64,000 bases of DNA from an uncultured Gammaproteobacteria bacterium (GCA_964470695.1 CAYYDR010000001.1:529997-593996); one strand, 5' to 3'. Shown: positions 26,653-35,967, numbered from the stretch's first letter. Program-made: numbers and translations. Notes: generated from the sequence alone by a model not told the origin.

Positions 26653-27468
26653 CTATTTTTTCTTTTTGTTCCGATTAATATCTACTTCAATAGTTAAATC
26701 TCTCTCATCTGGTTTTTCGCTAGGAATTCGGACATCAACTGTTTGCTTTAAGATATGGTGGCCGACGACTGTACCCCGCAAGCCGTCAACATTCACTTTA
26801 GTGCCAATGGGCGGCAACTCGCCAGCCATTTCCTTATATCCCTCATATTCGTAAGACAAACAGCACATTAGGCGTCCGCACATACCTGATATTCTTTCGC
26901 TACCGCGATGGACTACCTGCTGAGCCTCAGCCATTTCTGAGGTAATGGAGGAAAATTGCGTCATAAAGCCGCGGCAACAAAGTCCCCGTCCGCAAGAACC
27001 GCAATCACCGGAAATTTTAGCCTCATCGCGCGTTCCAATTTGGGTTAAACGGATGTTGGCATTAAAACGACCTGATAAATCCTTTACTAGTTCCCGAAAA
27101 TCAACCCGGCCATCAGAAATAAAAGCAAAATTCATCCGATTACCTTTAAAAGAAGAGTGGACATCAACAAGCTTCATCGGCAGGTCATGCTTCTTAATCA
27201 TTTCGCGACAGAACTCCATTATTTCTTCTTTCTTTTCCGGGCTAGCTAACTGGGCAATATCATCATACTCCGCCTTTCTAATAACCGGTTTTATTTCCCT
27301 AGCCTCCGCTCCCGCTTCTTCCCCTTCTAAAATCGTAATTATTTTACCTAGCTCCATGCCTAATTCAGTCTTAACAATTACAAAATCTCCAACCGAGAGC
27401 GCAAGAGTTCCGGCGGAGAAATTATAAACTTTATCCCAAGGAGCGAATTGTACCTGGGCAATTAACAT
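26653..27468 (-). CDS. ricT: PSP1 domain protein (RicT/YaaT-like)
   Basis: PSP1-type N-domain and a Cys-rich segment SGDCGSCGRGLCCRGF ... GMCGRLMCCLSYE. Confidence 0.85.
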   Translation of the reverse strand: MLIAQVQFAPWDKVYNFSAGTLALSVGDFVIVKTELGMELGKIITILEGEEAGAEAREIKPVIRKAEYDDIAQLASPEKKEEIMEFCREMIKKHDLPMKLVDVHSSFKGNRMNFAFISDGRVDFRELVKDLSGRFNANIRLTQIGTRDEAKISGDCGSCGRGLCCRGFMTQFSSITSEMAEAQQVVHRGSERISGMCGRLMCCLSYEYEGYKEMAGELPPIGTKVNVDGLRGTVVGHHILKQTVDVRIPSEKPDERDLTIEVDINRNKKKK

Positions 27469-27485
27469 GGTTTAAAATTATTTAA

Positions 27486-28280
27486 TTAGAGAGAGTAGCG
27501 GACGAATTTTAAGATATTAGCACCGCCTAAAATGTCTTTAACTTTTTTCTTATCGTCCTTAATATATTCCTGTTCTACCAAACAAACTTCCGAATAATAT
27601 TTGCCCATTTTTCCTTCCACAATCTTATCAACCATATTTTCCGGTTTTCCTTCCTTAAGAAGTTGAGCTTTATATATTTCTTTTTCTTTGTCCATTTCTG
27701 CGGCGTCTACTTCGGCCGGCACTAAATATTTAGGATTAGAAGCGGCGACCTGCATGGCGATATCAGCCGCTAGAGTTTCCTGGCCCGCTTTATCAAGAGC
27801 AACTAAAACGCCTAAACGGCCACCTAAATGAGAATAAGCGGCAACAGTCGCGCCAGTTAAAATCTCAAATTTTTTAATACCCATCTTTTCACCGATAGTA
27901 CCGCTCAAGTTAGCAAGAGTTTCTTCAACCGAACCACTAGCCATCGGCAACGCTAAAAGAGCCGCTAAATCAGCCGGTTTCTGAGTCTTAACTAGGGTAA
28001 GAATTTCCTCAGCTAAAGCTAAGAATTTTTCATTGCGAGATACGAAATCAGTCTCGGAATTCATTTCTAAGATATAGGCTTCAGTCTTAGCATCGTTAGT
28101 ACCAACTTTTACTACGCCCTCATTAGCTTCGCGGTCTGTTCGCTTAGCCGCCTTAGAAATGCCTTTCTTACGTAATATTTCTACTGCTTTATTTAAATCA
28201 TTACCAGCCTCATCTAGAGCTTTTTTACAGTCAACCATACCAGCGCCGGTCATCTCACGTAATTGTTTTATAAGTTCCAT
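27486..28280 (-). CDS. tsf: translation elongation factor Ts
   Basis: IKQLREMTGAGMVDCKKAL. Start placed at ATG 28280, since the track start at 28292 is a TTG. Confidence 0.95.
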   Translation of the reverse strand: MELIKQLREMTGAGMVDCKKALDEAGNDLNKAVEILRKKGISKAAKRTDREANEGVVKVGTNDAKTEAYILEMNSETDFVSRNEKFLALAEEILTLVKTQKPADLAALLALPMASGSVEETLANLSGTIGEKMGIKKFEILTGATVAAYSHLGGRLGVLVALDKAGQETLAADIAMQVAASNPKYLVPAEVDAAEMDKEKEIYKAQLLKEGKPENMVDKIVEGKMGKYYSEVCLVEQEYIKDDKKKVKDILGGANILKFVRYSL

Positions 28281-28310
28281 ATATATTAACAATTATATTT
28301 TAACTTTTTT

Positions 28311-29006
28311 TTAATTTTTTATATTTTTTTTGCCTTCAAGTAAAGCGCTTTTAATCGCTTCTAAAACTAGTTTAATAGTCTTAGTAGAGTCGTCATTAGC
28401 CGGAATCGGATAATTAACTTCCTCTGGATTAACATTAGTATCGCAGATAGCGATAATCGGGATATTTTTCTGACGAGCCTCCTTAACTGCTGTTTCTTCT
28501 TCTTTGATATCCCAAACGAATAAAGCGTCTGGCAATTTATTTAAAGCCGCTAAACCACCGACGCGAACTTCTAACTTCTTAATTTCGCGATCAAAGTTTA
28601 AGCGTTCTTTCTTAGTATATTTTTCTAATTTGCCGGTTTCTCTCTTTTCAATCAAATCCAAATATTTTTTAACAGATTTTTTAACAATCGGAAAATTAGT
28701 TAAGTAACCGCCTAGCCATTTACCAACGACATAGGACTGTCCGGTTTCTTCAACCATTTTTTTAAGAGGGCCAGCCACCTGGCTCTTAGTACCGACAAAG
28801 AGGATACTCTTCCCTTCGGCTACTAATTTAGCCATAAATTCTAAGGCCTCCTGTAATTTTTCCTGCGACTTCTTAAGATCAATAATGTAAATACCGTTCT
28901 TAGAAGTAAAGATAAATTGCTTCATCTTTGGGTGCCAGCGGTTAGTCCGGTGGCCGAAGTGCATGCCAGCTTTTAGCATGTCTTCAAGTTTTGGTGTGTT
29001 GATCAT
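28311..29006 (-). CDS. rpsB: 30S ribosomal protein S2
   Basis: MLKAGMHFGHRTNRWHPKM ... FVGTK. Confidence 0.97.
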   Translation of the reverse strand: MINTPKLEDMLKAGMHFGHRTNRWHPKMKQFIFTSKNGIYIIDLKKSQEKLQEALEFMAKLVAEGKSILFVGTKSQVAGPLKKMVEETGQSYVVGKWLGGYLTNFPIVKKSVKKYLDLIEKRETGKLEKYTKKERLNFDREIKKLEVRVGGLAALNKLPDALFVWDIKEEETAVKEARQKNIPIIAICDTNVNPEEVNYPIPANDDSTKTIKLVLEAIKSALLEGKKNIKN

Positions 29007-29020
29007 ATTTTTTCTTTTCG

Positions 29021-29176
29021 GGATTATATCCCTTAGCTTCTGCTCTGCCGCTCGCTTAATGCGAGAAGAAAAAAATCAGAGCATGATAATTAATTAATTT
29101 TTCTAACATAAAAAGAGGTTGCTTTTAGAGGCAAATCCTCTTTTCTAAAGATATCGCAAAATTAAATTATTGTCAA
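29021..29176 (-). promoter_or_regulatory. structured rpsB-tsf leader with candidate promoter
   Basis: Minus strand: TTGACA (29176-29171), 17 nt, TATCTT. Three hairpins follow. They are AAAGAGG/CCTCTTT (29112-18 with 29137-43), nested GCTCTG/CAGAGC (29042-47 with 29077-82) around CTCGC/GCGAG (29051-55 with 29061-65), and GGGAT/ATCCC (29021-33). Confidence 0.35.
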
Positions 29177-29222
29177 GAAAGACTTGGCTTCTAAACTATA
29201 ATTATATTTGTTTAATATTAGC

Positions 29223-30710
29223 CTATTTTTGGTAAAATTCATTTAAATAGCGGTTAAACTCAGCTACCTTACTATTATGTTCACTAATTTTAGATTGATA
29301 AACCGCTAAATCACTATTATACTGATTGACAGCAACATTATAACTTGGCACTAGCCCATTATACTCCTGAATTTGCCCAGCCGCATAATAAGTATCCATG
29401 GTTGCTTTTAATTCTTTCAAATTGCTTTCCTGAGACTTAATATTGGGCTCTAAAGTATTAATTTCTGTCTGAAGAGCATTAAGAGCGTCTTTAATTGCTT
29501 TTAAGTTCGCCACCCTAACCTTAGTTATGGTTAAGCCCTGATAAATTTTACCAGTTGTCTTTTGATATATTTCCATTTGGCCCAAACCCGAAGAATTAAA
29601 AAGATTAGAAAATCCGTCCGATGGCGCCTGGGCTTGACCAGAGCTAATGCTTTGTGGAATAACGCCTAAAGGAAAATAATTAGTTGTTTCAACATAACAG
29701 TAGCCCGAACCATTAATAGAACCAGCCGTGGGACAAGCCAACCCGACAGCACTATGGTTCTTATCAGGAAAATCTAGCATAGCCGCGCCATAACCCAGCT
29801 TACGTAAGAGAGCTAAACCGAGAAAACTTTTATCCGAACACACTCCGCGACCGAGATAAAGGGTCTCATATGGATAATAGGGGTTTGTATTACGATTAGG
29901 GTCATCAGCTAACTTAGCTTTATCATAAGGCAAATATTGAACTAGCGCTAAGCTAAATTCCGCCAGCTGATCATCGCTCCAAGAACGCTCAAGGGCAATA
30001 GCCTTTAACTTAGCTGCTAAATCATCCAACGAAGTATCGCCTGACTTAGTTTTTAAAAATAATCCGTAAAAAGATTCTCGTAAATCAGCCGGCTCAATTG
30101 AGCCATAATAAGTAAATATTTTTGGTGCCGTCCGATAAGATTCATAAAGAGCAGCCGAAAGATCCTGGACTACTTCGTAGCTGGCATTCTGATATTTAAA
30201 AGTAAAATGACCAATTTTACTTGCAGCGCTAATTGGCTGATAAACAGGAATTTTGGCTAAATCTAAATTAGTGATGCCTAAGCCCTGGCTACGCATCAAA
30301 TTAAAAGCATCGGCCGGGCGACCTAAATAATATAATTTTAAATCAAGAGGGCTAATATAATAAGCCTGCCCTCTATCCTCTACTTTTAAAAGAATGCGGC
30401 CCGATAACCTTTGCGGCGCCCGATTATTAAAAGATGCTAAATCTTTATTAGAAATACCTAGGCCCAGAGAACGAATAAGCTGATAGGCGTCGTCAGGTCG
30501 GCCTAAATAGTAACGGCTGCTATTAAGGGGATTAACATACCAGGCTTGCCCCCTATCTTGTACCTGTAAAAGGATGCGACCGTTTAGATTAGCGGCGGCA
30601 ACGGTCTGCCCTGTTCCTAGGCCGACCGCATTAAAATCAGCCATAAACAACAAAAGGCTGATACAGCTAAAAAAAATCCGATTAGCTAGTTTAATAAAAC
30701 GAGGGTGCAT
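29223..30710 (-). CDS. secreted transglutaminase-like (Cys-protease fold) protein with tandem N-terminal repeats and C-terminal coiled coil
   Basis: Signal or anchor segment. Two 60-aa-period repeats (GRILLxVxDRGQAxYxxPL...YYLGRPxDAxxLxRSxGLGIxNxDLA). Core GRGVCSDKSFLGLALLRKLGY...NHSAVGL resembles the transglutaminase C/H core. The C-terminal 100 aa form a heptad-like coiled coil. Confidence 0.7.
   Translation of the reverse strand: MHPRFIKLANRIFFSCISLLLFMADFNAVGLGTGQTVAAANLNGRILLQVQDRGQAWYVNPLNSSRYYLGRPDDAYQLIRSLGLGISNKDLASFNNRAPQRLSGRILLKVEDRGQAYYISPLDLKLYYLGRPADAFNLMRSQGLGITNLDLAKIPVYQPISAASKIGHFTFKYQNASYEVVQDLSAALYESYRTAPKIFTYYGSIEPADLRESFYGLFLKTKSGDTSLDDLAAKLKAIALERSWSDDQLAEFSLALVQYLPYDKAKLADDPNRNTNPYYPYETLYLGRGVCSDKSFLGLALLRKLGYGAAMLDFPDKNHSAVGLACPTAGSINGSGYCYVETTNYFPLGVIPQSISSGQAQAPSDGFSNLFNSSGLGQMEIYQKTTGKIYQGLTITKVRVANLKAIKDALNALQTEINTLEPNIKSQESNLKELKATMDTYYAAGQIQEYNGLVPSYNVAVNQYNSDLAVYQSKISEHNSKVAEFNRYLNEFYQK
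30252..30581 (-). repeat. two diverged ~50-aa tandem repeat motifs (period 60 aa) inside the transglutaminase-like protein
   Basis: aa 44-93 versus aa 104-153 align by eye without gaps. The DNA copies are diverged. Confidence 0.7.
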
Positions 30711-30732
30711 ATTTAATTATTAGTTAATTTCC

Positions 30733-31404
30733 TTAATCAAGCAGAGTAACAAACAAATCTTCGCTAGGGGGTGCTTGCAGATGACCGACGTCATTGATAA
30801 AAGAAATCTTAATATAACCGTCGCGGTCTATGACTAACTTACTAATAGAGGACTGGAATATTTCTAAAGAAAGGAAGCCAATAACATCGGTATTTAAAAT
30901 ACTGGTAAGCAAAGCTTTAATAAAATTACCATGGGAAAAAACCGCTATTTTACGCCCCCGATTACGCTTGAAAAGGTCAGCCAGCGCTCTCCGGGCAGTT
31001 GTCTGCATTTTATCTAATTCTTTATCTAGGCGGAGATGAGGTTTAAATTTCTTTTCCCGCGTTTTTTCCGACATATTAAAGTATTTAATGCGGTACCAAT
31101 CTTTCCAGTCAATTTCATCTAAACGAGGATCAATAATTAAGCTCTTCTCAGTCTTATTAGCATAGGCGGCACCAGTCTCTTGCGCCCTGACTAAACCGCT
31201 AGCATAAAGCTTATCAATATCCATTCTTAATAATTTAGCCGTTAAAAGTTTTCGCTGTTTAATCCCTGCGGCTGACAAGGGCATATTGCGTTCACCAACT
31301 TTTTTTTCTTGACTATAATCGGGGTGGCAATGACGGATTAAATAAATTTCCGTATAGGGTCGCCGGACTGGCGGCCTGAGCTTAGCATAAGGATTCTGAT
31401 ACAT
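30733..31404 (-). CDS. histidine phosphatase family protein (phosphoglycerate-mutase-like)
   Basis: IYLIRHC (RHG-type motif) and downstream SHGNFI. Confidence 0.8.
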   Translation of the reverse strand: MYQNPYAKLRPPVRRPYTEIYLIRHCHPDYSQEKKVGERNMPLSAAGIKQRKLLTAKLLRMDIDKLYASGLVRAQETGAAYANKTEKSLIIDPRLDEIDWKDWYRIKYFNMSEKTREKKFKPHLRLDKELDKMQTTARRALADLFKRNRGRKIAVFSHGNFIKALLTSILNTDVIGFLSLEIFQSSISKLVIDRDGYIKISFINDVGHLQAPPSEDLFVTLLD

Positions 31405-31434
31405 AAGATCTAGATAATATAGAAAAAATATTAA

Positions 31435-32025
31435 TTAAAGATTGCGGCTGACAAAATTCCAATTTACCAAATTTTTAAGAATCGCCTCCACAAAATCGCC
31501 GCGGCGATTCTGATAATCTAAATAATAAGAATGTTCCCAGACATCAAGCGCGAATAAAGGCTTTAAGCCATGAGCGATTGGATTATCAGCGTTAGCAGTC
31601 TTCATTATTTTTAAACTATCACCATCTCTGACTAGCCAAACCCAGCCGCTACCGAACTGACCGAGAGCGGCGGCCTTAAACTCCGCCTGGAAAGATTCTA
31701 GAGAACTGAAAGACTTATTAATTAAGTCTAGAAGACTAGCTGGTATCTCTAAATGCAAGTCAACCGGCTTTAGACATTGCCAAAAAAATTCATGATTATA
31801 AGACTGGGCGGCATTATTAAATATAGCAATTTTTTCTTGATTATTAGCTGTTTTTAAAATAATACCTTCCAAGGTCTCTGACTCTAGCTCCGTCCCCGCG
31901 ATTAGCTTATTAAGATTATCAATATAAGCCTGATGATGCTTGCCGTAATGAAACTCCAAAGTTCTAGCTGACATGTGCGGCTCTAGAGCTGATAATTCAT
32001 AACTTAGGGCTGGTAAAGTAAACAT
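31435..32025 (-). CDS. sod: Fe/Mn superoxide dismutase
   Basis: LEFHYGKHH ... DVWEHSYYLDYQNRR. Confidence 0.95.
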   Translation of the reverse strand: MFTLPALSYELSALEPHMSARTLEFHYGKHHQAYIDNLNKLIAGTELESETLEGIILKTANNQEKIAIFNNAAQSYNHEFFWQCLKPVDLHLEIPASLLDLINKSFSSLESFQAEFKAAALGQFGSGWVWLVRDGDSLKIMKTANADNPIAHGLKPLFALDVWEHSYYLDYQNRRGDFVEAILKNLVNWNFVSRNL

Positions 32026-32063
32026 ATGTTTAAAAATTAAATTATTAGTAAGGTAATTATAAC

Positions 32064-32096
32064 AAAAAAATTAGCTGATAGCTAATTTTATTTTTC
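32064..32096. terminator. bidirectional terminator between the YgjP-like gene and sod
   Basis: AAATTAGCT (32068-32076), loop GAT, AGCTAATTT (32080-32088), with A7 and T runs. On the minus strand, TGTTATAAT follows immediately as the sod -10 element. Confidence 0.6.
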
Positions 32097-32112
32097 CGGA
32101 GATTAAATATTT

Positions 32113-32679
32113 TTAAACTATTTTTTGCCTCAACCGAGCCCGATAATTCTGGTAGTCCGGCAGAGACTCAGACACTAATTTCCAAAAACGGATTGAATGA
32201 TTAAATTCCTTTAAATGGCAGAGCTCATGGACAATAACATAATCGGCAACCTCAGGCGGCAAATCCAACAAACGATAATTAAAATTCAAGCGTCCCCGCC
32301 TAGAACAGCTGCCCCAGCGAGTGCGCTGATTACGGACGCTAAAACTAGAATAAGAAAAATTATAAAATTGATTAAAATGAATTAAACGAGAATTTATTAA
32401 GCTACGGGCCGCTTCTTTACGTTTTAAATAATCTTTATTAGACAATACCCTCCCGGAGATTAAAGCTGGCGGCCAAGATTTATAATAACTTAACTTCGCT
32501 ATAATCCAATTAGCTTTAGCTAAGAGAAAATCTTGCACAAATTTTAAACTAACCGAGGTCGGCCTACTGACAGAGAGGCGGCCATCCAAGTAAATAGCTA
32601 AACGCAAATGACGGGTCCGACGGCTAGAACGGATCGTATAATCAATTTTTTTACCACCGATAATAATCTGTCTCTGCAT
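32113..32679 (-). CDS. YgjP-like (DUF45/M48-type) zinc metallohydrolase
   Basis: HELCHLKEFNHS zinc motif. Size and layout are typical of YgjP. Confidence 0.85.
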   Translation of the reverse strand: MQRQIIIGGKKIDYTIRSSRRTRHLRLAIYLDGRLSVSRPTSVSLKFVQDFLLAKANWIIAKLSYYKSWPPALISGRVLSNKDYLKRKEAARSLINSRLIHFNQFYNFSYSSFSVRNQRTRWGSCSRRGRLNFNYRLLDLPPEVADYVIVHELCHLKEFNHSIRFWKLVSESLPDYQNYRARLRQKIV

Positions 32680-32759
32680 CTAATTTAATGAAATTAATTT
32701 AAGACAAATTCATTTTACCATGAATTATATTTTAAGACACCGTAACGCCAGATAATGAT

Positions 32760-32788
32760 TAGTAACGATAATTAAATTATGTTATAAT
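32760..32788 (+). promoter_or_regulatory. extended -10 promoter of the pilMN-pilO-like operon
   Basis: TAGTAA, 17 nt, TGT-TATAAT (32780-32788). Confidence 0.45.
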
Positions 32789-32815
32789 AAAACCATCAGT
32801 TCGGAACTCATAAAT

Positions 32816-34264
32816 ATGAATTTAACAAATATAATTTCCAACGAGGAGCCAGTCGGGGGACTTGAATTATCCGACAATACTATTAAATTTTCCCTGCTCA
32901 AAAAAAATGGATCTAGCTTAGAGGTAATTACCTTAGTCACGGCTGAAGAATCCAAGCAGGATAAGACGGGATATTTTATTAAAGACGAGGCCTCTCTAAC
33001 TAGTAAAATTAAAGAATTTGCCAATAAATACGGGATAAATTATGTTATTTTATCCATCCCCTCTGACTTAACTTTTGCTAAAACTTATTCTTTCCCGGGC
33101 ATAATGCCCGATGAAAAAGTGACGGATTCTATTAAGTTAATTGCCGAGCTTCAACTGCCGCAAAAACCAGCGGATATCTACTGGGATTCCCTTAACTACG
33201 ATAGTAAGCGAGAAGGAAAAAGCGAAAAATCGGTCCTGTTATCTTTTGCCAAAAAATCCTTAATTGATAATCTAATCGCTAATACTAAAAAAGCTGGGCT
33301 GAAAGTTATTGCCGTAGAAAGCCGCGCCATTAGTCTAGCTAGAGCTATAGAGCAAAAACCCGAAGAAGTGCTTTTAGTCGTTGAACGCGATAAAACAGCT
33401 ACTTCTTTTTATGTTATCAAAAATAATCAATTATTATTTTTACAATCATTAGATAATAAAAAAATAGGGGCAAATTTAAACCGGGAAATAAAACAAATCA
33501 TTAAATACTTTGAATGGCTAAGCCAACCTATTACCGGCCTATTCTTAAACGGACGCTTTGAAGCTAAGGAAATTAAAAGCTTGCCGATTAAACTAATTAA
33601 GCCGGAATTAAATAAAAAGATAAAAGCCATTAAGGCCATAAATCCTTCCTCGTTTGTTGTTTTAGGCGCCGCCCTGAGAGGGTCTTTACCGCGCCAAAGT
33701 GACAATAATATTAGTTTAATGGATGTTGGCACTGAAGAGGCCTACGAACAGGCTAAGGCGCAGGCGGGCGTTAATTTTTTGATGAGCATTACTATCGCCC
33801 TCGCCGCTTTTTTTATTATTGCTTTTTATTCCACCTGGACGCTTATCGCCATGACTCAGCGCAATTTCAATGAAGAAATAATATCCTTTAACAACACGGC
33901 TGAATCAGACCCCTATACTTTATCTAGCCGCGCCCAATCTTTTAACAAGATAATCCAGCAGGCTAGCGCCCTAGCCAAAACCAGTCCACACTGGAGTCTC
34001 GTCGTTAGCGAAATAAAATCCAGAATAAGCCCTAATATAACTATTAAAAACCTGGCTCTGACTGGCCCAGAAGATGTTTTATCATTAACTGGCACGGCTA
34101 AAAGCCGGGAAGATATTAACTCCCTAAGGCGAACTCTGGAAGAATCTAGATTACTAAAAAATGTTAATATTCCTTTAGATAACCTAGGCAAAAAAGAAGA
34201 TATTCCTTTTGCCGCAACCTTCCAAATTAAGAATTCTAAATTGATTTATAGCCAAAATCAATAA
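32816..34264 (+). CDS. pilM: type IV pilus assembly PilM-PilN fusion protein
   Basis: About 320-aa actin-like PilM-type N-domain. A TM helix follows (FLMSITIALAAFFIIAFYSTWTLIAM), then an ~135-aa external PilN-like domain. Confidence 0.8.
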   Translation: MNLTNIISNEEPVGGLELSDNTIKFSLLKKNGSSLEVITLVTAEESKQDKTGYFIKDEASLTSKIKEFANKYGINYVILSIPSDLTFAKTYSFPGIMPDEKVTDSIKLIAELQLPQKPADIYWDSLNYDSKREGKSEKSVLLSFAKKSLIDNLIANTKKAGLKVIAVESRAISLARAIEQKPEEVLLVVERDKTATSFYVIKNNQLLFLQSLDNKKIGANLNREIKQIIKYFEWLSQPITGLFLNGRFEAKEIKSLPIKLIKPELNKKIKAIKAINPSSFVVLGAALRGSLPRQSDNNISLMDVGTEEAYEQAKAQAGVNFLMSITIALAAFFIIAFYSTWTLIAMTQRNFNEEIISFNNTAESDPYTLSSRAQSFNKIIQQASALAKTSPHWSLVVSEIKSRISPNITIKNLALTGPEDVLSLTGTAKSREDINSLRRTLEESRLLKNVNIPLDNLGKKEDIPFAATFQIKNSKLIYSQNQ

Positions 34265-34277
34265 AATCTACACTAAA

Positions 34278-34838
34278 ATGAAAAATAAGAAATTCATCAT
34301 AAAATTAGGCTTAAAAATATTTTTTATCTTTTTAGTTATGGCTGTAACGGCTGTTAATATTAACTTTGCGGTTCGGGGTATAAAAAAAATAAATTTGACC
34401 ATGCAGGAAAAGAAGGAAATGAATTATCTCATTAAAAACCAAAGCGAAATAAATGCCAACATACAAAAAGATTTCAAAAATATTGACCCTGACTACGAAA
34501 AGAAAATAATGAATTCCCTGCCCTCCGTATATAATATCTTGACGTTTGTAGCGGTTATGGATGATCTAGCCGCTCGCCATTCCTTAGAACAAGTTATAAA
34601 TTTTAGCCAGCCGACTGGCCCTCTAGAACCTACTGAACCCTTAAAAATTTTTACCATTAATTTTACTCTAACTTTAAATAAAGTTACTATAGATAATTTT
34701 ATCAACTACTTAAAAGAATTTGAGGAATTGCCCTATTTTGCCTCAATTGATAATGCTAGTTTGGTCGGATCGGGCGCTAGCGGCTGGCTAGATAATTCAT
34801 CTCTTACCTTAAGCGGAAAACTATATGCTCGCCAATGA
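34278..34838 (+). CDS. PilO-like bitopic membrane protein (tentative)
   Basis: N-terminal TM helix, coiled-coil segment and ~100-aa C-domain. Position directly after pilMN. Assignment rests on synteny and topology only. Confidence 0.45.
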   Translation: MKNKKFIIKLGLKIFFIFLVMAVTAVNINFAVRGIKKINLTMQEKKEMNYLIKNQSEINANIQKDFKNIDPDYEKKIMNSLPSVYNILTFVAVMDDLAARHSLEQVINFSQPTGPLEPTEPLKIFTINFTLTLNKVTIDNFINYLKEFEELPYFASIDNASLVGSGASGWLDNSSLTLSGKLYARQ

Positions 34839-35484
34839 ATTAAAAAATGCCAAAATATTTAAATCAGGCGGACTAATTTATAGTGCGATTGGTATTTTAT
34901 ACTTAGTTGCTTTAGTCATAGCTTTTGTTTATGCCCTAGATTTCTTAACAAAGAATTTAAATATGACTTTTGCGCCTGTTGCCCCCCAAAATATTAATCA
35001 AAATTATACTTCTTTAAACATGGTGGAATATAACAGCCTGGCTCCTAAATTTAAATTCAGTCCTCAAAGTTCCCCTGCCCTACCAGCCGTGACTGACGAT
35101 CAAGCCAAAAGAGAAACAATTTTAGAGGCAACCCCGGCGCCCGAGTCGCTGGAGATTTCACCGGAAATGACCCCCGAACAATCACCGATCAACCCGCCTG
35201 AACAAAGAACTCAACTAAAAATATCAGTTATTAACTCCACCTCTAAAAATGGTTTAGCAGCTGAACTAAAAAAGCAGCTTAACGCCGCCGGCTATCCGGT
35301 AGAAAAAATTGGCAATCAAAAGCTCACGGAGATAAACACTATAATAAAAATGAAATCAGATCTTGATAATAATCCAACAGCCCTAGAAATAAAGCGAATT
35401 GTCGCAGGAAAATATTCGCCTATAACGGCCTTATTGCCAAATAGTAGTCCCTATGATTTAGAAATTGTAATCGGCCAAAAATAA
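34825..35484 (+). CDS. bitopic membrane protein with LytR_C-like C-terminal domain
   Basis: TM helix, Pro-rich linker, then KISVINSTSKNGLAAELKKQLNAAGYPVEKIGNQ, which resembles the LytR/CpsA/Psr C-terminal domain. Overlaps the pilO-like stop by 14 nt. Confidence 0.6.
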   Translation: MLANELKNAKIFKSGGLIYSAIGILYLVALVIAFVYALDFLTKNLNMTFAPVAPQNINQNYTSLNMVEYNSLAPKFKFSPQSSPALPAVTDDQAKRETILEATPAPESLEISPEMTPEQSPINPPEQRTQLKISVINSTSKNGLAAELKKQLNAAGYPVEKIGNQKLTEINTIIKMKSDLDNNPTALEIKRIVAGKYSPITALLPNSSPYDLEIVIGQK

Positions 35485-35502
35485 CCGCCAATAAAAATAA
35501 CC

Positions 35503-35532
35503 AAAAAGGAGCTTTTTAGAAAGCTCCTTTTT
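35503..35532. terminator. bidirectional terminator between the convergent pilus operons
   Basis: AAAAAGGAGCTTT pairs with AAAGCTCCTTTTT. Confidence 0.65.
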
Positions 35533-35552
35533 ATAATCTGGTTAAATCCAAA

Positions 35553-35966
35553 TTATTGCCAGGTATAACTACTAAACAATCCTTCCGCGTCTAAATTCAG
35601 ATTGACCTGGACAGATCTTCTTATCCCGCCTATCCGACCCTCCGATATTATCACTTTAGGGCTGCTACTAGCATCAACACTGACTGAAGCACAGCCCAGA
35701 TAAGAGCCGGAGCAACCAGAGGCAACTAAATCAATTGTATAGGAACCGGTATAATTTTTATTTCTTACCACCTTTTCTAAAGCGTCTTTAGCGCCCACTT
35801 GAGCAAAATTTAAGGCCTGGTTAGAATTCTGAAGACTGCTGGCGGACAAACTATCCGATAAACTAATGGAACTAATAAATAGGCCGATAGAAATTATTAA
35901 AACCAATAAACCCATAATTATGGGGATAGAGGCCACGCCTGGTTTTTCTATTTTAGGCATCAACAT
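35553..35966 (-). CDS. PilX-like / atypical minor pilin (no Glu+5)
   Basis: N-terminal KPGVASIPIIMGLLVLIISIGLFI hydrophobic segment. Last gene of the minor-pilin operon. Confidence 0.5.
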   Translation of the reverse strand: MLMPKIEKPGVASIPIIMGLLVLIISIGLFISSISLSDSLSASSLQNSNQALNFAQVGAKDALEKVVRNKNYTGSYTIDLVASGCSGSYLGCASVSVDASSSPKVIISEGRIGGIRRSVQVNLNLDAEGLFSSYTWQ

Positions 35967-35967
35967 A

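Noticed and set aside
26600-26854. Plus-strand ORF 26600-26854
   Set aside because: It starts inside the terminator palindrome and runs antisense into ricT. No support.
28281-28292. TTG start of tsf at 28292
   Set aside because: The ATG at 28280 gives the canonical MELIKQLREMTGAG start.
32780-32788. TGTTATAAT as a pilus-specific regulatory motif shared by the pilM and pilB operons
   Set aside because: The same 9-mer precedes sod (minus strand, near 32050). It is most likely just the generic extended -10 consensus of this genome.
32782-33024. Minus-strand ORF 32782-33024
   Set aside because: It is antisense to the pilMN start region and overlaps its promoter. No signals.
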